Assembly: GCF_032116555.1 (NCBI RefSeq)
Contig: NZ_CP134949.1
Coordinates: forward strand, 1,550,001 to 1,614,000
DNA: 64,000 nucleotides
Direction: 5' to 3'
DNA from: Halorarum halobium
Lineage (GTDB): Archaea > Halobacteriota > Halobacteria > Halobacteriales > Haloferacaceae
The notes under the pieces are model-generated. The model saw only the letters and a program-made list of their open reading frames with translations. It was not told the origin of the DNA and searched no databases. This document shows positions 31,738 to 42,536 of this stretch, piece after piece (position 1 is the stretch's first letter; every line of letters starts with the position of its first letter). Both the position numbers and the translations under genes were made by a program.

Positions 31738-32080
31738 CCTCGAAAGCCCCCGGCTGGCTACGCTCCCGCGGACCACGCTGTGCTCCTCGCCTCGGTCGCT
31801 CCGCTCCCTCGCCTGCGGTCCTTGCTAGGAAAGACGGCCCTCCTCGCTCCGTTCGTCAGCTGCGACTTCCGAGGTTCGCGTCGCTGTGCTCGCCTCACCG
31901 GGTCCGGGATTCGCGTACCCACCCTGCCCCTTTCAGTTCCACCCGACCGCACTGCGCCTCACCCTCCCCAGCCTCCTGCGCTTCTCGCTCCCTGCGGTCG
32001 CTGCGATGCTCGTCTTACCTCGGAGCGAGCGCGAGGAGCGCAGCGGTCGCACCGAGCCGACAGCGCGGGGGCTTTCGGAG
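31738..32080 (+). repeat. Dispersed palindromic intergenic element, copy 4 (composite, terminal inverted repeats)
   Basis: Begins CCTCGAAAGCCCCCG, ends CGGGGGCTTTCGGAG; internal CCCCTTTCAGTTCCACCC, CCTCCCCAGCC and GCTCCCTGCGGTCGC. Confidence 0.8.
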
Positions 32081-32194
32081 TCGTCAGCGTCGAGGCAAAA
32101 CCGACGTGACGACGACCGTCACGCCAAACGACAGGTCCCGAGAAAAATCGGCAGTCCCGGAACACCTTTCCCCGAAACCGTCGACAGCACAGCC

Positions 32195-33043
32195 ATGATA
32201 GACGAGACGGTCGAGGAGATCCGCGAGATGCAGACGCACTCCTCGTCGGTCGTCGCCGTGAAGGCCGCCCGCGCCCTCCGGGAACTCGTCGAACGCGAGT
32301 ACGCCACCCTCGACGAGTTCGAGCGGGACCTCGACCACAACGCCGGCGCGCTCCGCCGGGCCAACCCCTCCCACGCCTCGCTCCACAAGGCGATGCGCGA
32401 GGTATCCGACGCCGTTCTGGGGGAGGCCGAGACGGTCGGCGGCGCGAAGGAACTGCTCGACGCGGCCGTCCAGCGGACGACCGAGCGCATCGAGACCGGC
32501 AAGCGGGAGGCCGCGGCAAACGCGGCCGAGACGTTCGAGGACGGCGAGACGTTCCTCACGCACGACTACTCATCGACGGTGCTGGAGGCGGTCGAATCGG
32601 CGGCGGCCGGCGGCAACCACATGACCGCTTACGTCACCGAGGCGCGACCGCGATACCTCGGCCGTAAAACCGCCCGCGCGCTCGCCGCGATGGACCGGGT
32701 CGACCCGCACCTCTCGGTCGACGGAGCCGCGGGCTACTACCTCGACGAGTGCGACCGCGTCGTCATCGGGATGGACTGCATCGTCGGCAACACGCTGTAC
32801 AACCGCGTCGGCACGTTCCCCATCGCCGCCGCCGCGGCCGAGGTGGGCGTCCCGGTGGTCGTCGTCGGCTCCGGCGCGAAAGTCATCGAGGACGGGTTCG
32901 TCTTCGAGAACGAGTTCCGCTCGCCGAGCGAGGTGATGCTCGAACCGGCGGAGGGCATCCGACTCGAGAACCCGGCCTACGACGCGACGCCGACGGACCT
33001 CGTCGACGCGGTCATCACCGACCAGGGCGTCCGGGAGCTCTGA
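32195..33043 (+). CDS. eIF-2B/ribose-1,5-bisphosphate isomerase family protein
   Basis: THDYSSTV, TEARP, GMD, NRVGT, NPAYDATP motifs. Confidence 0.88.
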   Translation: MIDETVEEIREMQTHSSSVVAVKAARALRELVEREYATLDEFERDLDHNAGALRRANPSHASLHKAMREVSDAVLGEAETVGGAKELLDAAVQRTTERIETGKREAAANAAETFEDGETFLTHDYSSTVLEAVESAAAGGNHMTAYVTEARPRYLGRKTARALAAMDRVDPHLSVDGAAGYYLDECDRVVIGMDCIVGNTLYNRVGTFPIAAAAAEVGVPVVVVGSGAKVIEDGFVFENEFRSPSEVMLEPAEGIRLENPAYDATPTDLVDAVITDQGVREL

Positions 33044-33097
33044 GTTCGGTCGGTACCACAGTCACGCGGAACCAAACCGCCGAACCGAAACGCCGCG

Positions 33098-34213
33098 TCA
33101 GGGTGCGACCCACTCGCCGGACTCGTCGCTCCGCTGGACGGCCGAGAGCAGCTTCTGGACCTCGAACGCCTCGTCGAACGAGGGCGAGAACGCTTCGCCC
33201 TCGCGCACGGCGGAGAGGAACTCGTAGTTCTCGTGGACGAACGTGTGCTCCCAGCCGAGCACGTGACCCGGCGGCCACCAGGCGTCGACGTACGGGTCGG
33301 ACTCCTCGGTGACGAGCACGGTCTCGTACCCGCGCGCGTCGCCCGTCAGCACCTCCAGTTCGTTCAGCCGTTCGAGCGAGAACCGGATCGAGCCCTCGGT
33401 GCCGTGGACCGCGATCGAGTGGTCGTTCTTGTGGCCCTGCGCGACGCGCGAGCCCTCGAACGTCCCCGTCGCGCCGTTCTCGAAGGCCACCTGCGCGGAG
33501 TAGGCGTCGTCGACCGTGACCGGTTTCATCTCGCCGGAGTCGGGCGCGGGACGCTCCTCGGTGAACGTCCGCAGGTGACCCGACAGCCGGTCGACGTCGC
33601 CGACGCGGTCGCCGACGAGGAACCGCGCGAGGTCGAGCGAGTGGGCGCCGATGTCGCCGAGCGCGCCCGACCCCGCCAGGTCGGCGTCCATCCGCCAGGC
33701 CCACGGCGCATCGGGGTCCGAGAGCCAGTCCTGGAGGTAGCGCGCGCGGACCTGCCGAATCTCGCCGAGTTCGCCGGCCTCGACGAGCCCCTTCGCGTAC
33801 CTGATCGCCGGGACGAAGCGGTAGTTGAACGCGCAGCCAGCGACCGCCTCGCTGGCGTCCGCCGCGTCGCGCAGTTCCCTGGCCCCGTCCAGCGTCGGCG
33901 CGAGCGGCTTCTCACACAGGACGTGCGTGCCGGCCTCCAGCGCCGCGACCGACGGCTCGACGTGCAGGTGGTTCGGACCGAGGTTGTAGAATGCGTCCAC
34001 CTCGTCGACGACGTCGCGCCAGTCGGTCGCGGTGTGCTCGAAGCCGAACCGGTCGGCGGCGTCGGCGAGCGCGTCCTGGTCCCGCCCGATCAGCGTGTGC
34101 CGGACGACGTCGGGTGCGTCCGGGAAGAACATCGGAAGCCTGGCGAGCGCGTTCGAGTGCGCCTTGCCCATGAACCGGTAGCCGAGCATGCCGACGGTGA
34201 GTGGGTCGTTCAT
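33098..34213 (-). CDS. Gfo/Idh/MocA oxidoreductase (levoglucosan dehydrogenase-like)
   Basis: FMGKAHS..PMFF, CEKPLA, FNYR, YLQDW, GSGALGDIGAH. Confidence 0.9.
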   Translation of the reverse strand: MNDPLTVGMLGYRFMGKAHSNALARLPMFFPDAPDVVRHTLIGRDQDALADAADRFGFEHTATDWRDVVDEVDAFYNLGPNHLHVEPSVAALEAGTHVLCEKPLAPTLDGARELRDAADASEAVAGCAFNYRFVPAIRYAKGLVEAGELGEIRQVRARYLQDWLSDPDAPWAWRMDADLAGSGALGDIGAHSLDLARFLVGDRVGDVDRLSGHLRTFTEERPAPDSGEMKPVTVDDAYSAQVAFENGATGTFEGSRVAQGHKNDHSIAVHGTEGSIRFSLERLNELEVLTGDARGYETVLVTEESDPYVDAWWPPGHVLGWEHTFVHENYEFLSAVREGEAFSPSFDEAFEVQKLLSAVQRSDESGEWVAP

Positions 34214-34270
34214 GCGGTACCCTCGCCTCGGGTGAACCGGGTCGTGTGGTAAATATCTGTGTTCATGTGG

Positions 34271-35239
34271 TCACTCCGTCCAGTGTGCCTCGCCCGGCGT
34301 CGTCTCGAAGACGGCACGCCCGAGCAGGTCGACCGCCTTCTCCAGCCCCTCCCGCGAGGAGGTCAGCGAGTCCTCGTGTTCGATCGAGAGCGCGCCGTCG
34401 TAGCCGACCATCCGGAGCGTGGAGACGACGTCCTTCCAGTGTTCTTCCCCGTGGCCGTAGCCGACCGAGCGGAAGATCCAGGAGCGGTCCGCCTCCGCCA
34501 GGTAGTCCGTCGTGTCGAGGACGCCCTTCTCGCGAGCGTTCTCCTCGTACACGCGCGTGTCCTTCGCGTGAACGTGGTGGATCGCGTCCCGCTCGCCGAG
34601 CAGCCGGATGGCGGCGGTGACGTCGATGCCCTGCCAGTAGAGGTGTGAGGGGTCGAAGTTCGTGCCGATCCGGTCGGAGGTACGCTCGCGCAGTTTCAGC
34701 ATCCCGTGAGGCTCGTAGACGAGCATGTTCGGGTGCATCTCGATGCCGACGTCGACGCCGTGCGCCTCGGCGTGTGCGCCGACCTCGGACCAGTACTCCT
34801 CGGCCACCTCCCACTGGTACGCCAGCGCGTCGGCGTGCTCGGTCGGCCACGGGGCAGTGATCCAGTTGGGAACCTCGTCGTTCGGCCCGCCCGCCGGCAG
34901 TCCGGAGAAACAGGTGACCGTGCCCACGTCGAGTTCGGCGGCGAGTTCGATCGCCTCGCGCAGTTCCCGGTCGGCCTCGCTCGCCGTCTCCCCGTCCGGG
35001 TGGAGCGGGTTGTTGTGGGTCGCGAGGGCGCTCACGCGGAGGTCGTGGTCGGCCAGGTCCGAACGAAGCGACTCCCTGGCCTCCCTGCTCTCGAGCAGTC
35101 TCTCGCGGTCGGCGTGTCCCTGTCCCGGGTGTCCACCGACGCCGAGTTCGACCGCGTCGACGCCGAGCCCCGACAGGTATTCGAACGCGTCAGGTCTCGA
35201 CTCGGTCCCGAGTGGAACCGTCAACACTCCGATGTCCAT
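34271..35239 (-). CDS. Sugar-phosphate isomerase/epimerase (IolE/AP-endonuclease-2 TIM barrel)
   Basis: EMHP, NFDPSH, HVHAKD, SIEHED metal ligands. Confidence 0.9.
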   Translation of the reverse strand: MDIGVLTVPLGTESRPDAFEYLSGLGVDAVELGVGGHPGQGHADRERLLESREARESLRSDLADHDLRVSALATHNNPLHPDGETASEADRELREAIELAAELDVGTVTCFSGLPAGGPNDEVPNWITAPWPTEHADALAYQWEVAEEYWSEVGAHAEAHGVDVGIEMHPNMLVYEPHGMLKLRERTSDRIGTNFDPSHLYWQGIDVTAAIRLLGERDAIHHVHAKDTRVYEENAREKGVLDTTDYLAEADRSWIFRSVGYGHGEEHWKDVVSTLRMVGYDGALSIEHEDSLTSSREGLEKAVDLLGRAVFETTPGEAHWTE

Positions 35240-35355
35240 GGTCGTGATTGTACTACGGTCCGAATAAACGCTCGGGCGGGGGCAGGAACGACGAGCAGCG
35301 CGGAACGAACTGAAAACGGGGTCGGGACCGACCGCCGGTGGGGCCGGGGCGGAAC

Positions 35356-36471
35356 CTAGTCGACCTGTGCGGCCTCGACTGGCTCCCGCGCAGCCGGCAC
35401 GTCCTCGCTGTGGAGTTGCACGGCCTGACCGGTCTCGCTCGAACGGTAGATCGCGTCGATGATGCGCTGGACGACGAGCGCCTGCTGGACCGTGTTGCGC
35501 TCGGGTGGTTCCCCGGCTTCGACCGCCCTGATGAACGCGGCCTGCTCGGCCTGGTGGGTGTCGACCTCCCGGGTGGAGACCTCCGTGTTCGTGAGGTGGT
35601 GGCTGCCGCCCGTCCCCGACTCGTAGAGGGTGAGTTCCCCGGTCTCCCGGTCGAGGTGTGCGCCGCCCTCCGTGCCGCGCACGTAGAAGTCGTTCGACGG
35701 CGGCCGGTTCGTCGCCCACGCGGCTTCGAGGCTGAGCGTCTCGTCATCGGTGCCGCGGACGAACGCGGAGACGGAGTCGTCGACGTCGAACCCGTCGGGG
35801 CCGTCGTCCTCGCCCCACATGTCGACGTAGGCGTACTCCTCCCGGTTCCCGAACTCCGACCGCGTCGTGCCCGTGACCTCCTCGACGTCCGGGAAATCGA
35901 GGAAGTGCATCGCCAGGTCGATGGCGTGGACACCGACGTCGATGAGCGCGCCCCCGCCCGAGGCCCCCTTCGACGTGAACCACGACCCTCGACCCGGGAT
36001 CCCGCGCCGTCGGACGAAGTTCGCCTCGACGTGGCGGACGTCGCCGAACCGTCCCTCCTCCCGGTAGTGTGTGAGTACCTCGGCCGCGGCGGCAAAGCGG
36101 TTGTTGAACCCGACCATGCAGAACCCCTCGGCGGTCTCGGCCGCGGCGGCGATGGCCTCGGCCGAGTCGAGCGTGTGCGCGAGCGGCTTCTCGAGCAGGA
36201 CGTCCAGCCCCGCTTCGAGCGCAGAGACGGCGTACTGCTCGTGGAACCGGTTCGGCGTCGTCACGAGAACGGCGTCGACCCCGTCGTACAGGTCCGACTC
36301 GTCCGCGAACGTCTCGGCCGCGAACCGTTCGGCGAACTCAGCTCTCGCGCCGGCGTCGACGTCCATCCCGCCGACGAGCGTCGCGTCCCCCTCGGTCAGG
36401 CGTTCGGCGTGATACGTTCCGATCCCCCCGAGTCCGATAATGCCGATCCTGACGCTGCGGTCCCGAGTCAT
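35356..36471 (-). CDS. Gfo/Idh/MocA oxidoreductase
   Basis: GLGGIG, EKPLA, RRRGIPG.GSWFT, GGGALIDVGVH. Confidence 0.92.
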   Translation of the reverse strand: MTRDRSVRIGIIGLGGIGTYHAERLTEGDATLVGGMDVDAGARAEFAERFAAETFADESDLYDGVDAVLVTTPNRFHEQYAVSALEAGLDVLLEKPLAHTLDSAEAIAAAAETAEGFCMVGFNNRFAAAAEVLTHYREEGRFGDVRHVEANFVRRRGIPGRGSWFTSKGASGGGALIDVGVHAIDLAMHFLDFPDVEEVTGTTRSEFGNREEYAYVDMWGEDDGPDGFDVDDSVSAFVRGTDDETLSLEAAWATNRPPSNDFYVRGTEGGAHLDRETGELTLYESGTGGSHHLTNTEVSTREVDTHQAEQAAFIRAVEAGEPPERNTVQQALVVQRIIDAIYRSSETGQAVQLHSEDVPAAREPVEAAQVD

Positions 36472-36545
36472 AGGACCGTCCTACCTGTTCCGTTTCCATA
36501 AATCCGCCGGATGGTCGGGCGCGGCGTCCGTTGGTTGGGGATTTG

Positions 36546-37514
36546 TTACGGCTTGGGGTATCGGGGGCGCTTCTGTGACGCGATTTCGGACCGCTGTTCC
36601 TCGGAGAGTGAGACGTCCAGCGCGCCGAGGTCGTCACGCAACTGCGTACTGGATTTCGGCCCGATGATGGGTGCCGTGACGACGTCGCGGTCGAGCAGCC
36701 ACGCGAGCGCGACCTGCGCGGGCGTGGCATCCTCCTCGGCCGCCACCGACCGGATCGCGTCGAGGACCGCCCAGTTCTCGTCCGTGAAGTAGGACCGCAC
36801 CGACTCGGAGGCCGCGCCGCGCGTTCCCTCCGCGGGGCCGCTGTCCCGTTCGTACTTGCCGGTCAGGAACCCGCCGGCGAGCGGTGACCACGGGATGACG
36901 CCGAGCCCCTCTCCCTCGGCGACGCGGAGCATGTTCTCCTCCTCGTGGCGGGCGACCGCCGAGTACTCCGGCTGGATGCAGACGAACCGGCCGTAGTCCT
37001 CGACGTCGCTGGCGTAGAGCGCCTTCGTCAGCCGGTAGGCAGTCATTGTCGAGGCGCCGACGTAGCGGACGTGGCCGGATTCGATCAGGTGGTCGAGCGC
37101 GTCCAGCGTCTCCTCGATGGGGGTCGTCTCGTCCCACCGGTGGAGCTGGTAAAGGTCGACGTACTCCACGCCGAGCCGGTCCAGGCTCGCCTCGCACTGG
37201 TCGATGACGTGCTTCCGCGAGAGTCCGCCGCCGTTCGGTCCCTCGCGCATGTCGCCGTACACCTTCGTCGCCAGGACGAGTTCGTCCCGGTTCGTCGAGT
37301 CGATCGCCTCGCCGACGATCTCCTCGCTCTCGCCGGTCGAGTAGACGTTCGCGGTGTCGAGGAAGTTGATGCCCGCGTCCAGCGCCTCGTGGATGAGGTC
37401 CACGCTGGCCGCGCGGTCGTTCATCATCCACGGCTGCTCGGAGCCGAAGTTCATGCAGCCGAGACAGAGCCGGGAGACCTCCAGCCCAGTCCGGCCGAGC
37501 GTGGTGTATCGCAT
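36546..37514 (-). CDS. Aldo/keto reductase
   Basis: LGRTGLEVSRLCLG, DTANVY, ATK, DLYQLH, PWSPLAGG. Confidence 0.95.
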   Translation of the reverse strand: MRYTTLGRTGLEVSRLCLGCMNFGSEQPWMMNDRAASVDLIHEALDAGINFLDTANVYSTGESEEIVGEAIDSTNRDELVLATKVYGDMREGPNGGGLSRKHVIDQCEASLDRLGVEYVDLYQLHRWDETTPIEETLDALDHLIESGHVRYVGASTMTAYRLTKALYASDVEDYGRFVCIQPEYSAVARHEEENMLRVAEGEGLGVIPWSPLAGGFLTGKYERDSGPAEGTRGAASESVRSYFTDENWAVLDAIRSVAAEEDATPAQVALAWLLDRDVVTAPIIGPKSSTQLRDDLGALDVSLSEEQRSEIASQKRPRYPKP

Positions 37515-37754
37515 CTCGGTCGTGCTCGCAATTCTTGCCAGCCCACGCATAAGCGTGCGGGAACTGGTTTCGCGGTCACCCAGTCGGCGGCACGGACCGA
37601 TAAGGGTGGCTGCAAGACCGACCGTGGTCGGGGTGGATTCACGATTGCTCCCGGTCAGGGTAGCTCGAAACCGTCCGAGGGCGCGTGAGCCGTTCACACG
37701 TCGACGCGGCCGGCAAAGACAATCCTTAAACGCCGCGCGGAAGATTCTCGGGAC

Positions 37755-38246
37755 ATGGCTGGAACCATCGAAGTGCTCGTCCCCGGTGGCGAGGCCAACC
37801 CGGGTCCGCCCCTCGGACCCGAGCTTGGCCCGACTCCGGTGGACGTGCAGGCGGTCGTCGGCGACATCAACGACCGGACCGCCGCGTTCGACGGCATGGA
37901 AGTGCCCGTCACCGTGGAGTACGACGACGACGGGTCGTTCACCATCGACGTCGGCGTCCCGCCGACGTCCGAACTGATCAAGGACGAGGCCGGCTTCGAG
38001 ACCGGCTCGGGCGAACCCCACGAGAACTTCGTCGCCGACCTCTCGGTCGAGCAGCTGAAGAAGGTCGCCGAACAGAAGCAGTCCGACCTGCTCGCCTACG
38101 ACGTGAAGAACGCGGCCAAGGAGGTCGCCGGCACCTGCGTCACGCTCGGCGTCACCATCGAGGGCGAGGACGCGCGCACCTTCAAGGAGCGCGTCGACTC
38201 GGGCGAGTACGACGACGTGCTCGGCGCCGAAGAGGCGGCGGCCTGA
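37755..38246 (+). CDS. rpl11: 50S ribosomal protein L11
   Basis: GGEANPGPPLGPELG. Confidence 0.97.
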   Translation: MAGTIEVLVPGGEANPGPPLGPELGPTPVDVQAVVGDINDRTAAFDGMEVPVTVEYDDDGSFTIDVGVPPTSELIKDEAGFETGSGEPHENFVADLSVEQLKKVAEQKQSDLLAYDVKNAAKEVAGTCVTLGVTIEGEDARTFKERVDSGEYDDVLGAEEAAA

Positions 38247-38388
38247 TTTCGGACGACGTTCGACCACCTCCTTCACGTTCTCGACCCGGTAGCGGACGCG
38301 CCGTTCGCCGAGGGACTTCCCGTGAGGGTGGCACGCACGCGGTCGGCGCTTCGGAGGCCTTAAGTGTCGCTTGGCCGTCCTTCACGGT

Positions 38389-38452
38389 GAGACAGGCCTA
38401 CGCCTGTTTCACTGACCCGTAGGAGCATTCCTGCGTACTACGGAGGTGAAAG
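38389..38452 (+). promoter_or_regulatory. Structured rpl1 5' leader, probable L1 autoregulatory site
   Basis: TATA-like CTTAAG at about 38359; hairpins ACAGGC..GCCTGT and CCGTAG..CTACGG abutting SD GGAGGTGA. L1 leader control is established in archaea. Confidence 0.6.
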
Positions 38453-39090
38453 ATGGCAGATTCAATCGAGGACGCAGTATCCCAAGCGCTGGAGGACGCC
38501 CCACCTCGCAACTTCCGCGAGACCGTGGATTTGGCGATCAATCTCCGCGACTTGGATCTCAACGACCCGTCGAATCGAGTCGACGACGAGGTTGTCCTAC
38601 CGAGCGGTACCGGCCAGGACACCAGAATCGTCGTCATCGCGGAGGGCGAGACCGCCCTCCGCGCGGAAGACGTCGCGGACGACGTACTGTCCGGGGACGA
38701 CCTGCAGGACCTCGCAGGCGAGGAGAACGAGGCCAAGGATCTCGCCGATGAAACGGACTTCTTCATCGCCGAGGCCGACATGATGCAGGACGTCGCGTCC
38801 AACCTCGGGCGCATTCTGGGGCCGCGCGGCAAGATGCCGACGCCGCTCCAGCCCGACGACGACGTCGTCGAAACCGTCAACCGCATGAAAAACACCGTCC
38901 AGCTCCGCTCGCGCGACCGGCGCACGTTCCACACGCGCGTCGGCGCACAGGACATGTCCGCCGAGGACATCGCCAGCAACGTCGACGTCATCATCCGTCG
39001 GCTGGAGGCGGACCTCGAGAAGGGGCCGCTCAACCTGGACGGCGTCTACGTCAAGACGACGATGGGCCCGTCCGTGGAGGTGCCCGTCTG

Positions 39091-39091
<1 letters not shown>
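38453..39091 (+). CDS. rpl1: 50S ribosomal protein L1
   Basis: [23 protein letters not shown]. Confidence 0.97.
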
Positions 39092-40134
<1,043 letters not shown>

Positions 40135-40158
40135 CGACGACGACGGAGATTCACAACA

Positions 40159-40497
40159 ATGGAATACGTTTACGCTGCACTCATCCTGAACGAGACGGAC
40201 GAAGAGATCAACGAGGACAACGTCACGGCGGTGCTCGAGGCCGCCGGCGTCGACGTCGAGGAGTCCCGCGTCAAGGCGCTCGTCGCCGCGCTGGAGGACG
40301 TCGACATCGAGGAGGCCATCGAGACGGCCGCCGCCGCGCCCGCAGCGGGTGCCGCGGGCGGCGCCGCCGGTGGCGCCGAGGAGGCCGACGAGGACGAGGA
40401 AGAGGAGGCCGAGGAGGCCGACGCCGAGGAGGAGGAAGCCGGCGACGACGACGACGAGGAAGCCTCGGGCGAGGGCCTGGGCGAGCTGTTCGGCTGA
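40159..40497 (+). CDS. rpl12: 50S ribosomal protein L12 (P1)
   Basis: [10 protein letters not shown]; Ala hinge, acidic tail, GLGELFG. Confidence 0.97.
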   Translation: MEYVYAALILNETDEEINEDNVTAVLEAAGVDVEESRVKALVAALEDVDIEEAIETAAAAPAAGAAGGAAGGAEEADEDEEEEAEEADAEEEEAGDDDDEEASGEGLGELFG

Positions 40498-40631
40498 AGC
40501 GGCACCCGGTCGCCGCTGAAGTGTTCGGCTGAAGCGGCACTCGACACCCGAAAACCGATTTTCTTCGCGTTCGACGACCACCAGCGGCGAGGCCGAACGC
40601 TTATATCCGAAAGCGGGACCACTCCGCCGCG

Positions 40632-41855
40632 ATGGTTCCCGCCCTCCCCCCGGCGACGCTGCTGCCGCTCGCGTACACCCTCGCCGGCTGCGGGCTCGGC
40701 ACGGTGAGCGGCCTGCTCCCGGGTCTGCACGCGAACAACTTCGCGCTGTTGCTGGCAGCGACGGCTCCGGCGCTCGACGCGCCGCCGCTCGCGCTCGGCT
40801 GTGCGATGCTCTCGGCGGGGCTCGTTCACACGTTCCTCGACGTGGTGCCGGCGCTCGCACTCGGCGTTCCCGACGCCGCGATGGCCGCCAGCGCGTTACC
40901 GGGACATCGCCTCGTGATCGAGGGGCGGGGACGCGAGGCGCTCCGACTGTCCGTGGTCGGCAGCGGGAGCGCAGTCCTGCTGGCCGTCCCAGTGGCAGTG
41001 CCGCTCACCGCCGCGATGGAGGTCGCGTACCCGACGCTTCGCGGCTGGCTGCCGGTGCTCCTCGTCGGCGTCCTGATCGCGCTCCTCCTGACGGAACCGT
41101 CGTGGATGGCACGCGGCGCGGCCGCCGTCGCCGTCGCGCTTGCGACTGGCCTCGGCACCGTCACACTGGAGATGACACCGTCCGGACCGCTTCCGGCCGG
41201 CGGGGTGCTCGCGCCGCTGTTCGCCGGGCTGTTCGGGGCACCGATCCTCCTCGACGCGCTAGACGGCGGAGGAATCCCGCCACAGGCCGACGCCAGAATC
41301 GCGCTGGAGCGACGTGCGACCGGCGTCGCCGCCGTCGCCGGCACCGGCGCGGGTGCGGCGGTCGGCTACCTGCCGGGCGTCTCCGCTGGCGTCGCGTCGA
41401 CGCTCGCGCTGCCGTTCGCCGGCGGCGACGACCCTGCGAGGGAGTACCTCGTCGCCACGAGCGGCGCGAACACCGCGACCGCCGTCTTCGCGCTGTTCGC
41501 GTTCACGGCGCTCGGGACGCCGCGGTCGGGCGTCCTCGTGGCGATGTCGGACGTCGGCGTTCCGGCCAGGCTCCCGCCGCTGCTGGTGTCGGTCGCCGTC
41601 GCGGCAGCCGTCGGCGTGGCGGGAGTGCTCGTCCTCGGCGACGCGGCGCTGCGAGCGGTCGGCCGCCTGAACCAGCGGGCACTCGTCGGCTGCGTGCTGG
41701 TCGGCCTCGTACTCCTCTCCTGGGGGTTTGCCGGCGGAACCGGAATCGTCACCTTCGCGTCCGCGACGGTCGTCGGCTTCGTGCCGTCGAGACTCGGGTG
41801 TAAGCGAGTCCACCTGATGGCAGTGCTCGTCGGGCCGCTCGCGCTGGGATCCTGA
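40632..41855 (+). CDS. TctA-like (DUF112) membrane protein
   Basis: SGLLPGLHAN, LPGHRL..EGRG, GLFG, YLPG motifs. Confidence 0.85.
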   Translation: MVPALPPATLLPLAYTLAGCGLGTVSGLLPGLHANNFALLLAATAPALDAPPLALGCAMLSAGLVHTFLDVVPALALGVPDAAMAASALPGHRLVIEGRGREALRLSVVGSGSAVLLAVPVAVPLTAAMEVAYPTLRGWLPVLLVGVLIALLLTEPSWMARGAAAVAVALATGLGTVTLEMTPSGPLPAGGVLAPLFAGLFGAPILLDALDGGGIPPQADARIALERRATGVAAVAGTGAGAAVGYLPGVSAGVASTLALPFAGGDDPAREYLVATSGANTATAVFALFAFTALGTPRSGVLVAMSDVGVPARLPPLLVSVAVAAAVGVAGVLVLGDAALRAVGRLNQRALVGCVLVGLVLLSWGFAGGTGIVTFASATVVGFVPSRLGCKRVHLMAVLVGPLALGS

Positions 41856-41911
41856 TCACCGGAGGGCGGTGAAAGACAACCGTTAAAAGCCGCGCGCCGG
41901 TCCGTGTAGGT

Positions 41912-42091
41912 ATGAGCGAGGCAGAGCAGGCGTCCGAACGACGCTGCGTCTCCTGTGGCGTCAACGTCGCGGGCATGAGCGCGGCGGCGTTCAAGTGCCC
42001 GGACTGTGGCACCCGCATCTTCCGCTGTGCGAAGTGCCGGAAGCAGAGCAACCTCTACGAGTGTCCCGACTGCGGCTTCCGGGGGCCCTGA
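41912..42091 (+). CDS. Small Zn-finger protein, HVO_2753/DUF1610-like (not in ORF track)
   Basis: 59 aa with four CxxC motifs (CVSC, CPDC, CAKC, CPDC); conserved position upstream of EF-1beta. Confidence 0.9.
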   Translation: MSEAEQASERRCVSCGVNVAGMSAAAFKCPDCGTRIFRCAKCRKQSNLYECPDCGFRGP

Positions 42092-42092
42092 C

Positions 42093-42359
42093 ATGGGGAA
42101 GGTCGCGGCCAAGATGAAGGTCATGCCGGACAGCCCGGAACTCGACCTCGACGACCTGCAGGACAAACTCGAGGCGTCCCTCCCCGAGGGTGCCGAGATC
42201 CGGACGGTCGACCGCGAGGAGGTCGCGTTCGGGCTCGTGGCGATGCTCCCGATGGTCGTCGTCCCCGACGGCTCCGGCGGCACCGAGGCCGTCGAGGAGG
42301 CGTTCTCGCAGGTCGAGGGCATCGAGAGCGTGAAGGTCGAGGAAGTCGGTCGACTGTAA
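42093..42359 (+). CDS. ef1b: Elongation factor 1-beta
   Basis: [19 protein letters not shown]. Confidence 0.95.
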   Translation: MGKVAAKMKVMPDSPELDLDDLQDKLEASLPEGAEIRTVDREEVAFGLVAMLPMVVVPDGSGGTEAVEEAFSQVEGIESVKVEEVGRL

Positions 42360-42536
42360 CCGGAACGGCTTTTCCGATTTCGCAGGGGTTCGAGCGGCGC
42401 CGGCGGCGATTCGTCACCAGTGGGACGTTCACACCGTTACGATTCGAAACGAAACCGGCTGACCGCGTCCCGGTCGGTCCCGATTCCGTGGGAACGTTTA
42501 AGCCACGGGGGCGGCCAGTGTTCGCCAGACGTTATC

